Positions 26,328-38,455 of a stretch of DNA of 64,000 nucleotides are shown here, piece after piece. How positions within the stretch are numbered: position 1 is the stretch's first letter; every line of letters begins with the position of its first letter. The stretch covers positions 125,056,001 through 125,120,000 of the forward strand of contig NW_024704742.1 in assembly GCF_018977255.1 (NCBI RefSeq), written 5' to 3'. The DNA is from Callorhinchus milii (lineage: Eukaryota). The notes under the pieces are model-generated. The model saw only the letters and a program-made list of their open reading frames with translations, searched no databases and was not told where the DNA came from. The translations under genes were made by a program, and so were the position numbers.

Positions 26328-27309
26328 GTTAGAGTAAAATCTTGGTACAAAAAGGAGAAAAGGAGACTTAAGTGTGAACTCGAGGAAATAACAGAAAAGT
26401 GAAGAGGACCAAAGTTCTCAAAGAAGCCTGCGGTCTCAATAGCAGACATTGTACAGCTGTCACTTGGGGATAATATAAAATCAACAAAGTACGCCCTGAA
26501 CAAGCTTCTTATGGTGATTTCTTGTTGTTGTGCAATGAACAATACAATCAATGCTCTCTTATTGCCCTCATTCATGCATAAGCCATTTAGCTTTCAAACA
26601 GATAGATTTCTGTTACATGTGCCCCCCAGTGATGCTTTTGTTAGTTCACAGCAAGAGGCTGACTTGTCTGCCCTGATCCTACAAGAGGAAGTCCAGCTAA
26701 ATTCAATTTGTGTCTGTGCCATTGGTTATCAACCGCTATCCATGTGAGCAAACCCAAACTAATGCGGAACAGATGGACACATTTTTCTTTAATTAGTTTC
26801 AGGACAGCTTGTCGTCTAGTTACAATGTACATAGATTTAAGGATTTCACAGTTATTTAAAAGCAATAGGAGAAGTAAAACACACAATAAGAATTCAAATG
26901 TGCAGTACGAAGAAACTGATCTCATTCTAATCACATACGTAGTTGTAATAGTCTAATGGTGCCTTCTCTATCTAGTCAACTGCTCCTCTGTGTTCCCTAC
27001 AGATCACTTAACTGTGGGAAATACCATGAACTTCAAATTCAAATTGTTGTACAAATTACTTTCTCATTTCTACCATCCTATTACTGTAAGGGTAAATATT
27101 TCTGCAGGTATTGCTCCCTTTTTATCAGCTACGCCCGTGAATTTCGCCCACAAAATATGCAGTCAATTTATTTTACAGTATATTCTGTGAAGCCCTTTGA
27201 GACATCTTGAAGACGTAATAAGGCGCGATATCAAATACAAGGATTATTAATATTAGGATTATTATTAATTGTCAATTTGTGCCTAAAATTATACAATTAC
27301 ACCTGTAAT

Positions 27310-27750
27310 TGTCAGTGGCAGCACTTTCACCTCTAAGTCAGAAGGCTGTGGGTTTAAGCCCCATGTCAGGACTTTGAAACACATAGTCTATGATGGCACT
27401 TCAATGCAGTGCGTGAGGGTGTGTTACATTGTCGGATTTGCTATCCTAGGATGAGAGGTTAAACTGAGGTCCCCGTCTGCCAGTTCAGATGGACATTAAA
27501 GATCCCATGGCACGCTTCAAAAAGAGAAGAGTGTTTCTCCTGGTGTCCTGGCCAACAATCCCCCAGATAAAATTGTTCATTCACTTCATGGCTGTTTGGA
27601 CTTACTATGTACAATTAACTGCCACGTTTCTCCCATAAGATTCAACGTCAATCCACTTTACAGTGTATTCTGTGAAGCGCTTTGAGATGTCTATCCAAGT
27701 GAAATGTGCTACATCAAATATAGGTAATATTATCATTAATAGTGATAATA
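27310..27750 (+). mobile_element. Near full-length Deu-domain SINE
   Basis: Head (CTCTAAGTCAGAAGGCTGTGGGTTTAAGCCCC), Deu core (GATGGACATTAAAGATCCCATGGCAC...GGTGTCCTGGCCAACAATCCCC) and tail. Confidence 0.9.
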
Positions 27751-29974
27751 ATAATTTCTCATTGTATATATAAACAGCATCTGTTTGAGTCGATTTCTCT
27801 GCTAAACACTTCCCCCTGATAGATAAAATAGATTTGTCTCCAAACAAATCAAAACTTATTTATATTTTCAAGTCCTTATATTTAATATGGAGGACCAAAC
27901 CATGGATTCTCCCTATTGGAGCTAATTCACATATGTCACTAAACTAGCTAATTCAATGCCTGTATTATTTGTTCTTTGCTTCTCTCACTCCCCCTTTTTT
28001 ATAATTTTGTGAACCTAATGAGGCAAAAGTAAGATTCTTTATTTGGTCTGACCTTAGGTCAGTTGACAATTTATCAAACGTGTCGAATAGAATTGAAAAA
28101 GTACTCTCGGGAGGTGAGACCCTATTGTACAAATCTGACAATAAATAATGCGTCATGAACATGAATTGTTACACATAAAACAAATAGTTTGTAAATATTT
28201 AATCCATAACAGGATTCCAAGACGATTTGAACTCTCACAGGTAATAAAGCCAACTGGGATGGGATTCCCAATATTGCTCTCTGAATAAACTGTGCCCAAT
28301 TTCAACAAATACAGCTAATCATTTGCGCACTTTCGTGGGTTTGAAGAGATTGGTGGTCGCTTAAGCAGGGCTGATTGGCTCCACCACTATATTTTACCAC
28401 TGATTGATGGCACGAAGGAGCTGATGCCCTTCGACCAACCTGCAAATGAAATGATTACCCTCAGTGTCTATTGGACTCCAATGACCTGCCTGGTTAGTAC
28501 AGCAATACTTCTCAGTTCGTCTTCTCCAAAGGTTAATTGGACTTGAACCCAGGCTACCAAGAGGTTAAGAGCTGGGTCAGAATGACAGCAGGCACCAAGC
28601 ACAGTGTCACAGGCTTTAGGGAGAGCATTTTCCTTTACCCCTCCCTGCTCTCCAACGGTAATTTCCCAGCGGGGGCTCTTTCGCACCTGGTGGAAGACAC
28701 AAGACGCAACTGAGCGGCTAATAACAGGCACAAAATGCTCACAGAAATCCATGGCCTCAGTCATCATTCACATGGTTCAATATTCACAAGGTTTGTTATT
28801 GGGAGGTGGGTTTATTTTGAAAGCTTGCAGATTATTACTACTGCTTAGAGAAATAAGGTGAACTTTGGCTTTTTTTAAAAAAGAGGGCCTCAATTATAGA
28901 TTTTCTCAAATCTCCTAAAACGCTTTTATTGGGATTAATAAAACAAACATTCTGCTGCTTTTGCAGAAAGGATTGTAAATTCCAACCGCTTATTTCTATT
29001 TTCTCGTAAATTGGGTGGTTTCGTTGGTTTGAAGTTATTTTGAATATATTGCACACAGGGTATGTATTGATGGTTGATAAAATATGTTTGTATTGCAATT
29101 TGTTTAAAATTGATTCAAGCGCCCTTTTGTAAAATAAATAAGCACCATCTCTTATCCATTTCCATGATCTGCCAGATTTCTGGGTCAATTTCATTTCTTT
29201 GGATGCCTTGTGTGTAAATCATTGTCTGAATCTTTCTGGTAACTGTAAAATGGACAGTATTTTGTTGCTGGTGAGTGCCATTGTTTTATACTGTGGGATC
29301 ATCAAAATAGTAGGGGTTTTGTCAGGAATGGTACCTTTTCAATCCGTACCTTCAATTTCAGGTTGCAAGAAAACACCTTAGTGCATGTTGCGTTACATCC
29401 AAAGCTGAAATTATCTGCGAACCATTGCAAAGTTCACTGATTATCTGTGAGACACGACTTGCATGTTGAACCACTTTTTGATGGTCCAGCAGGCCACTTG
29501 GTTGGCCGCCACTGCTCTATGTGTTAGAAAATGCTGCAACAATATTTCCGAGAATTCAACTCTGCAAAGTCCTGACCATTACAACATTTTTCATGTCATT
29601 TGCAGACTTTGCATGGCAACAAAATGCCTACAAAATGTTCATTGCACCCAGCAGTAATGCTTGTGGAGTACTTTGTCATTTTTTTAAATTCAGAATTGGG
29701 CCAACTGAAGAAAACGAGTGTGCAATTAATCTCTACCTCAATTAATAAAATAATTTTGCTGCTCCCATGCTTGCACAATTTTCATTTTTTTTCATAGAAA
29801 AATTTGAATTCACCAGAATAGCTTTTACTCCAAGAATTTTCAGCACAATCATGGTGTGATGATTTCTGGGGAATAAGACGGTAAGATAATGTTGAAAAAT
29901 GCCTACAAAATGTTCATTGCACCCGACTTGTGGAGTGCTTTGTGATTTTTGTGTCTGTCTGGCGCAGTGGTACG

Positions 29975-31140
29975 TGTCAGCTCTCCTCAGTGGTAGTACT
30001 CGTGTCTCTAACTCAGAAGGTTGCGGGTTCAAACCCCATGTCGCGACTTGGAATCACACGGTCTAAGATGACCCTCCAATACAGTGGGGTGGGGTGGGGG
30101 GTGGGGTGGGGTTGCATTGTCGGAGGTGCCATCCTTTGGATGAGAAGTTAAACCATCTGCATGTTCAGTGGATGTTAAAAATCCCATGGCACTATACAAA
30201 GGGAAGGGAGTTTCACCCAGTGTGCTGGCTGCACCTCCAATTGGTGGAACCATTGCTCAATGGGAAGGGATGTGTGTCCTAACTACAGACAAGAAGACAG
30301 TGGCAATGCTCCCATGCATTTCTTGCTGAGATATGTTGCCCACCAGGAAGCTTGCAGAGAGTTCCTTGTAGCTACAATCCACTTGTCAAATGTTGAACGA
30401 CCAACTGGTGACTATCCTCCCTGCGGGTAACTGGGGTATCCTTGGAGTTGAACTGGTCCAAGGTGACATGCCTGGCAATGAAATGTGGCAGTCTCAGTGG
30501 TCTGGTACCTGAGCCAGGTGGGTATGTATTCCAGGGCACTGCTGATGACAGCACAGCCAGCCTGGCTCATCAGAAGGACCTGGAAGAGCAGACCAGTCAC
30601 TGGGGATAGGGAGTCATCCCACTCAGCTCTTGTTAACCCTGCAAGCCAAAGCTCTGAAGGGGAGGATTGTCCTAGCTGGACAGGCAGCGGGAAAGTTTGC
30701 CGGATAGCAATATTAATGGCAAGCTATGCGCTTTTAGCTGGTTAGACTCCAGCAGTACCCCAACACACACTCTGGGGACCCTAAGCCTTGGCTCTTGCCA
30801 TCTGCGCCTAATACTTTCTGGAATTAGGTAAAGAGGCTGCCTCCAGGGAGAGTGCACATTCCATTCCAACAATCTATCTCTGGGATTTCAATGTTTCAAC
30901 GTTTCTGAGTGTGACACCCGGCTGATCCCCCCCAAAAAAAATCCTGGCCAACAATCCCCCAAATAAAATTGGTCATTCGTTTCATGGCTGTTTGTGGGAC
31001 ATTGCTGTGTGCAATTGTGCTGCCGGGTTGGCCGACAAATACACAGTCACTTCATTTCGCAATAATTCCAGTGAAGTGCTTTAAGACGTCTTGACAACAT
31101 GATCAGGCGCTATATCAAATGCAAGGAATATTATTATTAT
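29975..31140 (+). mobile_element. Deu-domain SINE split by a 712-bp insertion
   Basis: The SINE motif CCAGTGTCCTGGCCAACAATCC is broken between 30229 and 30942. Confidence 0.85.
30230..30941 (+). mobile_element. Unnamed non-LTR family, copy 2 (longest), possibly RTEX-like
   Basis: Degenerate zinc knuckle CPN(Y)RQEDSGNAPMHFLLR(Y) at 30275-30334, long 3' UTR, C7A8 end, and a 7-bp near-TSD TSCTGGC (30223-30229 / 30942-30948). Confidence 0.7.
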
Positions 31141-32294
31141 TGAAAATGGAATGGAGTGTCAATATGGAAATTATTTATTAATGCATAGCATTAAGAGATG
31201 GCTGGCTAGAAAAAGGGTGTTGTTAGCTCAAGTACTGATGCATGTAATTGTTATACTTGTCCTTCATTGAAATGCTTTATCAGATTTGAATGTATGCAGT
31301 GTAGTGCAGTTACTGTGTGGGTTTTGTATGGGAATGCGATTTGATTGTCATTTGATTGTTCATTTGCTGTTTGACAGTCATCTGACAGCAAATGAACAGG
31401 TAAAAGATTGATGCTGCCTGGACTTCATCATGAATTTGACCCTATCAATCATTGATGTGATTCTCACGCATGAAATACTATAGAAGGTGGGAGTGTTAAT
31501 GTGTGGATGGTTCACACAGAAAGTGTGGCAATAGCTTGCTCTGAACCAGATGTGTATTGCATGCTTTCAACCAAAATCAAATCCCAGGAAGGGAGTTAAC
31601 TGTTAAGTGCAAGCCTTGACTTTACACATCTGGCCATGGGTGTTTCCTGTTTGGGATTCTTAAGAAAAAAATAGGTGACAGGCACAAATTACATAAAGGC
31701 ACTATCAAGGCTTTAGTGTTGTAGCATTGGTTGCAAAAAGCAATTGCCATTTTTTCACATTGAAAGAGTTATTATTACTTTTGCACCACTTCTCTAGTGT
31801 AACATTTAACCCGTTGCGTTTGCAGTTGTTTTGATGCAAGGACTGTTGGTTCTCTTAGAGACAAATTGCTTGCTATTTGGATGCAGGTTTTGTTTATGGA
31901 TTGTGCAATTCTACACTAGTTTTCCCTTTATAAGGGCAGGTTGGGTGATAGGCAGCCCTTACAATTTTGCCCATCTGCTAAATCTAGGATGATAGAATCT
32001 ATTGAGCTATATGTTTCTGCTCTAAAAATCGAAAATCATTTTGTGAATAAATATCTATGTCCCATACCTTTGATATAACTTAGCTTGTGCAAATGCAAAT
32101 GTGAAAGTATATTCAAATACGTTAATTTATTTGCTAGATAATAATAATAATAGATATCAAATTTAGGAGCTCAAGATGCTTAACTTTACACTTAGCTTTA
32201 TGCATTTGCCAATTGAGTAGAGCAAGGAACTAAGAAAGATCAGAGCCAATATTAAAGATGGAAAGATTGAAGGAGTTCCAGAGTGGAAAAATAA

Positions 32295-32645
32295 AAATAA
32301 TCCTTACATTTGGTATAGCGGCTTTCATGTCCTGAGGACATTCCAAAGCGCTTCACAGGATATATTATAAAATACACTGACTATGTGTGTTTCATGGAGA
32401 AACACGGCAGCCAGTTTTGCACACAGCATTGTCCTGCAAACAGCCATGAAGTGACTGGCCAATTTTATTTGGGGGATTGTTGGCCAGGACACCAAGATCA
32501 ATTCCCTTCTCTTTTCAAACAGAGCCATGGGATCGCACAGCACAGCACAGCATTAGAGTGTCAGCCTAGGCTATATGAGTTCTATGTCTCAATGTGGGGC
32601 TTGGACCCAAAACCTTCTGACTCAGAGGTGAGAGGGCTACCACTT
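32295..32645 (-). mobile_element. Deu-domain SINE with internal deletion
   Basis: Tail, Deu core and head motifs on the minus strand. Confidence 0.8.
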
Positions 32646-33879
32646 TACAGCAAATCCTGTGAAACACTTTGAAATGTCCTCCTGAGACAAATGGTGCTTT
32701 ATCTAATGAAAGGATTTTTATTGTAACTAAAATAATTTATCCCAACTTTTTGCTATTTGGTTAACTTTAATATATTTTTGGGCCTTTTTTTCCTTCCCTG
32801 TAGCCCTTCCAGTTTGCCAATCAAATAACACAATTCTCAAGAACGATAAGGTCACATGGTAGACAGCTGCTAGGGGTCAGCCTAACAGCAGCTGTCTACC
32901 ATGCAGATGTGTCCCTCTCCTCCCCCACCCACACACTCAAGCAGATGCCTTTCCTCTGGTTTGTATCATTTGGTTTGTGTCCTGCTGCGTAGTGCTGTTC
33001 ACTAATGATCAGTGTACAGGATTAAATTTATGTCTTCTCATTTCATGACTCTTTATATTGGCCCTAAGCTTGATTCAAATCAAATTGTTAAAATAGCAAT
33101 GGGGTCTAATGGACTATGACTACTAAAGCAAATCCCATGTTTTTAGCCAAGTTTTTATGATAGATTTCCCGTACATCAACTCGCACCCTCCTTATTTTCA
33201 GGAAAAATCAGCTGGCAAACTATTATTTGTTCCCTGAGGTAGATCATCGGGTATTGTTTATCACAATAATGTTTTGCCAGCAAAATATAAGGTCAATTCA
33301 CTTCACAGTATTTTCTGTGAAGCACTTTGAGATCCTTTAATGACGTGATAAGGCGCTATATCAAATGCAAGGATTATTATATGATGGAATATTTTAAGTC
33401 ATTTTATATCAATTTGTGAAACATCGCTTCATAAAATTTCAGTGGTGTTGCCAGATACTGATTTGTGTATATGAACGTGTAGAGAAAGTATATGAATGAC
33501 TGATGGAATCCTAACCCACAAGCTTGCACAAGTAGTAAGCAATCAGAACCCTGAAATTCATTGTCCAATATAATGCAGTATTTTGGAAACATTTTCAATT
33601 CAGTCTTAATTTTGGTTACATTTTATTTGCCATTTGTTTCCTCAAAGACATTTTGATAGTTATTGGAACATTTAAATAGCAAAGTGTGTTAAAAAGACAA
33701 AGCTGATGCTTGTTTAATGAAAGCCTCAAGTTAACAAGGAATTAGTGTTTTAAGCTTTGGTTTGAATGCTGCACATGGACCAAAGGTTGTGCACAATCTC
33801 ATGTACAAGAAACTGATGAATTCAATAAACAAGACTAAATAATTAGTTAAGTTCAGATCTCTAGACGTCATACTCAAAT

Positions 33880-34350
33880 GATATTTCCTCTGGTCAGGCC
33901 TCATCTAGAGTTCTGAATACACACCTGGTCACCACAACATAAGTGCAAATGAGAGCAATGAGACTGATCTTCAGTGATAGAGGAAAGAGCAAAGTACAAT
34001 GATTAGACAAGCTAGAACTCTTCAGTCTTGAGAGAAGACAATTCAAAGAAGACCTTATTGAAGTATATAAATGAGATTGAAAAACTAAACCCAGAACAAT
34101 ACTTTAGCATGCACTAAGACAATAGAACAAGATGACTTTGGTTTAGAGTTACAAAGAGCAATTTCAAGACAGTCACCAAGAAGTAGTTTTTACCAATAGG
34201 GTAACTAATAGGTTGCTAGGAAGAGTGGTTCACTGGACTCATTTAAAAAAAAGCTTAATGCTATAATGGGAGTTGGATAGGATGGATAATCTGCAATAGG
34301 TGAGATCAGATGGGATGAAAGGCCTTCTTCTTCCATACCAATCTTATGAA
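33880..34350 (+). mobile_element. Old CR1 3' fragment
   Basis: Translates to LVRPHLEF...WSP and LELFSLERRQFKEDLIEVYK, with a CR1-type 3' end. Confidence 0.8.
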
Positions 34351-35204
34351 CTGGTGAAATATATAGCTCTAGCTTTTATGAAATAACAGAAAATGAAACA
34401 ACTCATCAAATTTATGGTAATTAATGATTGCAATGGCTAAGGAAAAGCGGTGAGGCTTGCACTTATTTCAGATGCAGCTTGATGCTTTAATAGGAGGATG
34501 TCTCTCTTTTTTGACTATTATTCAATTTTGGAGGTATAAGTTCTACATAGATTGATGCCTGAGTGAAGCAACAACCTCAGCAAAACTCAGAGATATGCTG
34601 ACACCAGAGCAATGGAAAGGCATTGTATTGTCCAATTGTGTATGATTGTGATGTATGGGAGTTGATATGCAAGAGAAAGCTTGACTAGACAAATTCCTCA
34701 CACAAAAAAAAATGAAAAGCATAGTGGTGGTAATGTAGGAACACAGTCTGACAAATGTAGAGTTCCACCAGTAGACAAATCTGCATCCAAAACCTGTGGA
34801 CTGCTAATTGAGAAACAGTGTAACTGTATGCAAATATCAGAATGTCATGAGCATTTGTTGAAGTGTGTCTTCTGGTAGAAAGACAAGAAGTTGCCAAAGA
34901 AAAGAGAAATTCTAACTTTATTGAAAGAAGACAACTAATAACTTGCATATATATCCACATATGATAATGTCTTGGAGTGTTTTACATTGATGGGTATGGA
35001 TGCCAAGTTGTGAGGGGGGAGGGAAAGGAGAGGAAGGAAAGGGTAGGAAACTATAGATGCAATCGAAGATCTAGTTTTTTAGTCGAGACTTGAACACAGT
35101 TAGAAAAGAAGCAAAACAAAGGCAAAGAGGGATGGAATTCTGGAGGCTAAGCACTTAGAATTGGAAAACCCAGCAGCTGATGTTGGCATGTGTTGGCTGA
35201 GGGA

Positions 35205-36960
35205 CAACAACAACAAGATTACATTTGTATAGCGCCTTCCATGTCAGGAGGACATCCCAAAGCGCTGAAGAGAGAACAGCACTTCAAACCCGAGCTGGTG
35301 TTGGGGGGGTAAGGGAGGGGACGGGAAAGGGGTGGCCGATGGCATGGACGAAGAGGAGAGTCTTGAGGCAGGACTTGAAGGAGGCTAAGGAGGGTGTGAA
35401 GCGGAATGACTGGGGGATGGAATTCTAGAGCTTGGGGGCAGAGTGGCTGAAGATTCCTGCCAATGGTGGAGTGGGTGGGTCGGGGGACGTGGAGCAGGCC
35501 GGAGCCGGCTGAGCAGATGGAACGGGTGGGTTGGTAGGGGATTAGAAGGTCGCAGAGGTAAGATGGGGCGAGGCCATGGAGGGCTTTGTATGTGAGGACT
35601 GGATATTCTGAAGGATAGGGAGCCAGTGGAGTTGGACAAGAATGGGGGAGATGGGGTCACAAAGTTTGGTGCGGGAGAGGATACGGGCTGCAGAGTTCTG
35701 GATTATCTGCAGCCTGCGGAGGGAGGAGTTGGGAAGGCCGACACGCAGGGCATTTGCATAGTCGAGCCTGGAGGTAATGAAGGCATGAACAAGAGTTTCA
35801 GCGGCCGGAGGGATGAGGTAGTGGCGGAGTCGGGCTATGTTACGGAGGTGAGGGAAGGCAGAGCAGGTCATGGCCTGAATGTGAGGGAGAAAAGACAGAT
35901 GAGGGTTGAACAAGACACCTAGGTTCCTGACTGGCTTGGTGAGTTGTAGTGTGCAACCATGGAGGTTGATGTTGCCAGAGGCTGAGGTGCTGAGGCGTTG
36001 GCGTGAGCCAATCAGGAGGGCCTCAGTCTTGTTCACATTCAACTGCAGGAAATTTACCCTCATCCAGGACTTGATGTCCGAAAGGCAGTCTGTCAGGACA
36101 GCAGTGGTCCTGGAGTTGAGGGTGGAGGCAGAAAGATAGAGTTGGGTGTCATCCGCATACTTGTGGAAGTTGACCCCATGTCTGCGGATGATGTCACCAA
36201 GTATGTAGATATTAAAGAGGAGAGGGCCAAGGACAGAGCCCTGGGAGATGCCAGACATGACAGTGCGGGGGCTGGAGGAGAAACCGTTAGAGGCAACAAA
36301 GTGGAAACGGTGAGAGAGATATGAATCGAACCAGGCAAGGGCAGGTCTGCGAAGATTGAGTAAAGAGAAGAGGCGGTGTATGAGGATGGAGTGGTCGACA
36401 GTGTCGAAGCTGGCAGAGAGGTCGAGGAGGACAAGGAGGCAGAGGGAGTCCTGATCACAGATGTTCAGAATGACCAGGGCTGTTTCCGTGCTGTGGGCAG
36501 CACGGAAGCCGGATTGGAGGGTTTCAAAGAGGGAATGGCGAGAGAGAAAGGAGTGGAGTTGGGACACGACGACTCATTCCAGGACCTTGGAGAGGAATGG
36601 GAGGTTAGAGATGGGGCAGTAGTTGGAGAGGAGGGATGGATCCAGGGAAGGTTTTTTCAGGATGGGGGTGATAACGACCGATTTTAGGCAGGTGGTAACT
36701 GAACCGATAGACAGGGAGAGGTTGATGACATCGGACAGGAGGGGGGCCAGAATGTGGAGCTGGGAGACGAGGAGAGAGGTGGGGATGGGATTGAGAGAGC
36801 AGGTGGTGGGTTTGAATTTGTCGACAGTCATGGTGAGGGAGAAGGGAGAGATGGGGTCGAAGGTGTATAGGGGGGATGGGTGGGGGGAGAGTCATGAGGG
36901 AGAGGTGATGTGGGGGTGGCTGTGGACGGGGCTGAGGTGGCTGAATGTATCCCCTCGATT
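35205..36960 (-). mobile_element. 5'-truncated L2 LINE; reverse transcriptase pseudogene (341-aa open stretch)
   Basis: LQSGFRAAHSTETAL, LLDLSASFDTVDH, QGSVLGPLLFNIY, YADDTQLY, FITSRLDYANALR and LHWLP. Small deletions and stops flank the open stretch, and there is no endonuclease domain. Confidence 0.95.
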
Positions 36961-37134
36961 TTAGATTCGAGGAGCAAGTGTGAGTTAACCCAGCAAAGGG
37001 GCAAGCAGAGGTGGGGAAGTACGAGTTCAGAGAGGGGGGGGGGGGGGGGTGGGGAGGGATTTGTAGGTGAAAGAATGTGTTGCTTTGTATGGAAAGAAAT
37101 AAAATGCAAGTGTTAGGATCAAATTATTAGTACC

Positions 37135-37765
37135 AAACAACAACAATAACAAGATTGCATTTATAGAGTGCCTTTCACGTCGGGAGGACAACAACAACAA
37201 CAACAACAAGATTCCATTTATAGAGCGCCTTTCACGTCAGGAGGACGTCTCAAGGCGCTGCACAGTTGGGTCATGACCCGAGCAGGGGGGAAATGGTCAG
37301 GGTGAGGGGAGGGAAGGGAGGGAGAGAGGAGGGGGGAAATGGTCAGGGTGAGGGGAGGGAAGGGAGGGAGCGAGGAGGGGGTAGAGAGTCGAGAGGGGAG
37401 GTGAATGCACGGTCGAAGAGAAAGGTCTTGAGACCGGCCTTGAAGGAGGAAAGGGAGGAGGCAAGGCGAAGGCACTGGGAGATGGAGTTCCAGAGCTTAG
37501 GGGCTGAGAGGCTGAAAGCCCGGCCACCGATGGTAGGGCGGTTGGGGCGGGGGATGTGGAACAGACCGGAGCCAGCGGAATGGAGGGTACGGGCAGGTAA
37601 GTAGGGGGATAGTAGGTCGGAGAGGTAGGAGGGATCAAGGCCATGAATGGCCTTGTAGGTGAGGATGAGGATCTTGAATTCAATCCTCTGGGGGATGGGG
37701 AGACAGTGAAGGCGAGCGAGGGTGGGAGTGGCGTGGTCCTGAAGCCTGGTGCTGGACAGTACATG
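37135..37765 (-). mobile_element. Young L2 3' fragment with a duplicated tail and a duplicated 3' UTR unit
   Basis: Translates to LHCLPIPQRIEFKILILTYKAIHG...SFKAGLKTFLF. Two tandem tails at 37135-37260, and a roughly 40-bp G-rich unit repeated at about 37285 and 37331. Confidence 0.92.
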
Positions 37766-38149
37766 AGCTGCAGACATACTGTGTCCACTGACTCAATGGC
37801 TTCAATGCTCCGCCAGACAACATAACCAACAATTTGGTTATGTCTATATATAGTTCATAAAAGAATGTAGTTTGATATTGGTAATGTAGAACTTGCAAAT
37901 CCAATTTGCAGCCGACTCAAGGTATTTGAGGGATATTCAAATGGTAATGACAGGAGTATGTTGTAATGGAAGTTCTCTAACCTCTATTCATACATAAAGT
38001 CATTGATGTAACGTTTGTTGCCTTTGCAACATTTTGTCAGATATACAAGAAATGTATTATGTGTAATTATATCAAAATAAACCTTGAACCCTTTTATATT
38101 GTAAAACACATGTATTAGAGTCTACCAATTTATATATACATGTATGTCA

Positions 38150-38425
38150 TAGATAATCCTTGCATTCGACAAAGCTCCTTATCACATCATTGAATGTCTC
38201 CAATACTTCAAGGGATTTTACTATAAGATGTCGTGACTATACATTACTGATTAACATGGCAGCCAATTTGCACACAGTGGTGTCCCACAAACAGCCAGGA
38301 AGTAAAACATGAATTTTGTCCAGGGGGTTGTTTGCCAGGACACTGGGAGGAACATCCTCCTCTTTCCAAATAGTACGATGGACTCTTTAATGTCCACCTG
38401 AACAGGCAGATGGGATCTCGCTTCT
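38150..38425 (-). mobile_element. Deu-domain SINE 3' part
   Basis: Deu core and tail motifs on the minus strand. Confidence 0.8.
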
Positions 38426-38455
38426 GGAACAATTGTGAAAATATTAAATGTTACA

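Noticed and set aside
29145..29241. Minus-strand exon TRKIQTMIYTQGIQRNEIDPEIWQIMEMDKR
   Set aside because: The acceptor is good but the donor (TG/GTGCTT) is poor, the phase does not match the next candidate exon, and I recognise no homology.
30555..30580. Hammerhead in the unnamed LINE 3' UTR (minus-strand CTGATGAGCCAGGCTGGC)
   Set aside because: No GAAA follows the putative helix II, so the core is incomplete.
35542..36567. 341-aa ORF as an active or domesticated reverse transcriptase gene
   Set aside because: It is a 5'-truncated L2 with no endonuclease, in-frame deletions in conserved motifs and flanking stops or frameshifts. The same applies to the 307-aa ORF at 13649-14572.
37030..37400. 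G-quadruplex regulatory element
   Set aside because: Most G-runs are the antisense of the C-rich L2 3' UTR plus a simple poly-G run, with no locus-specific evidence.
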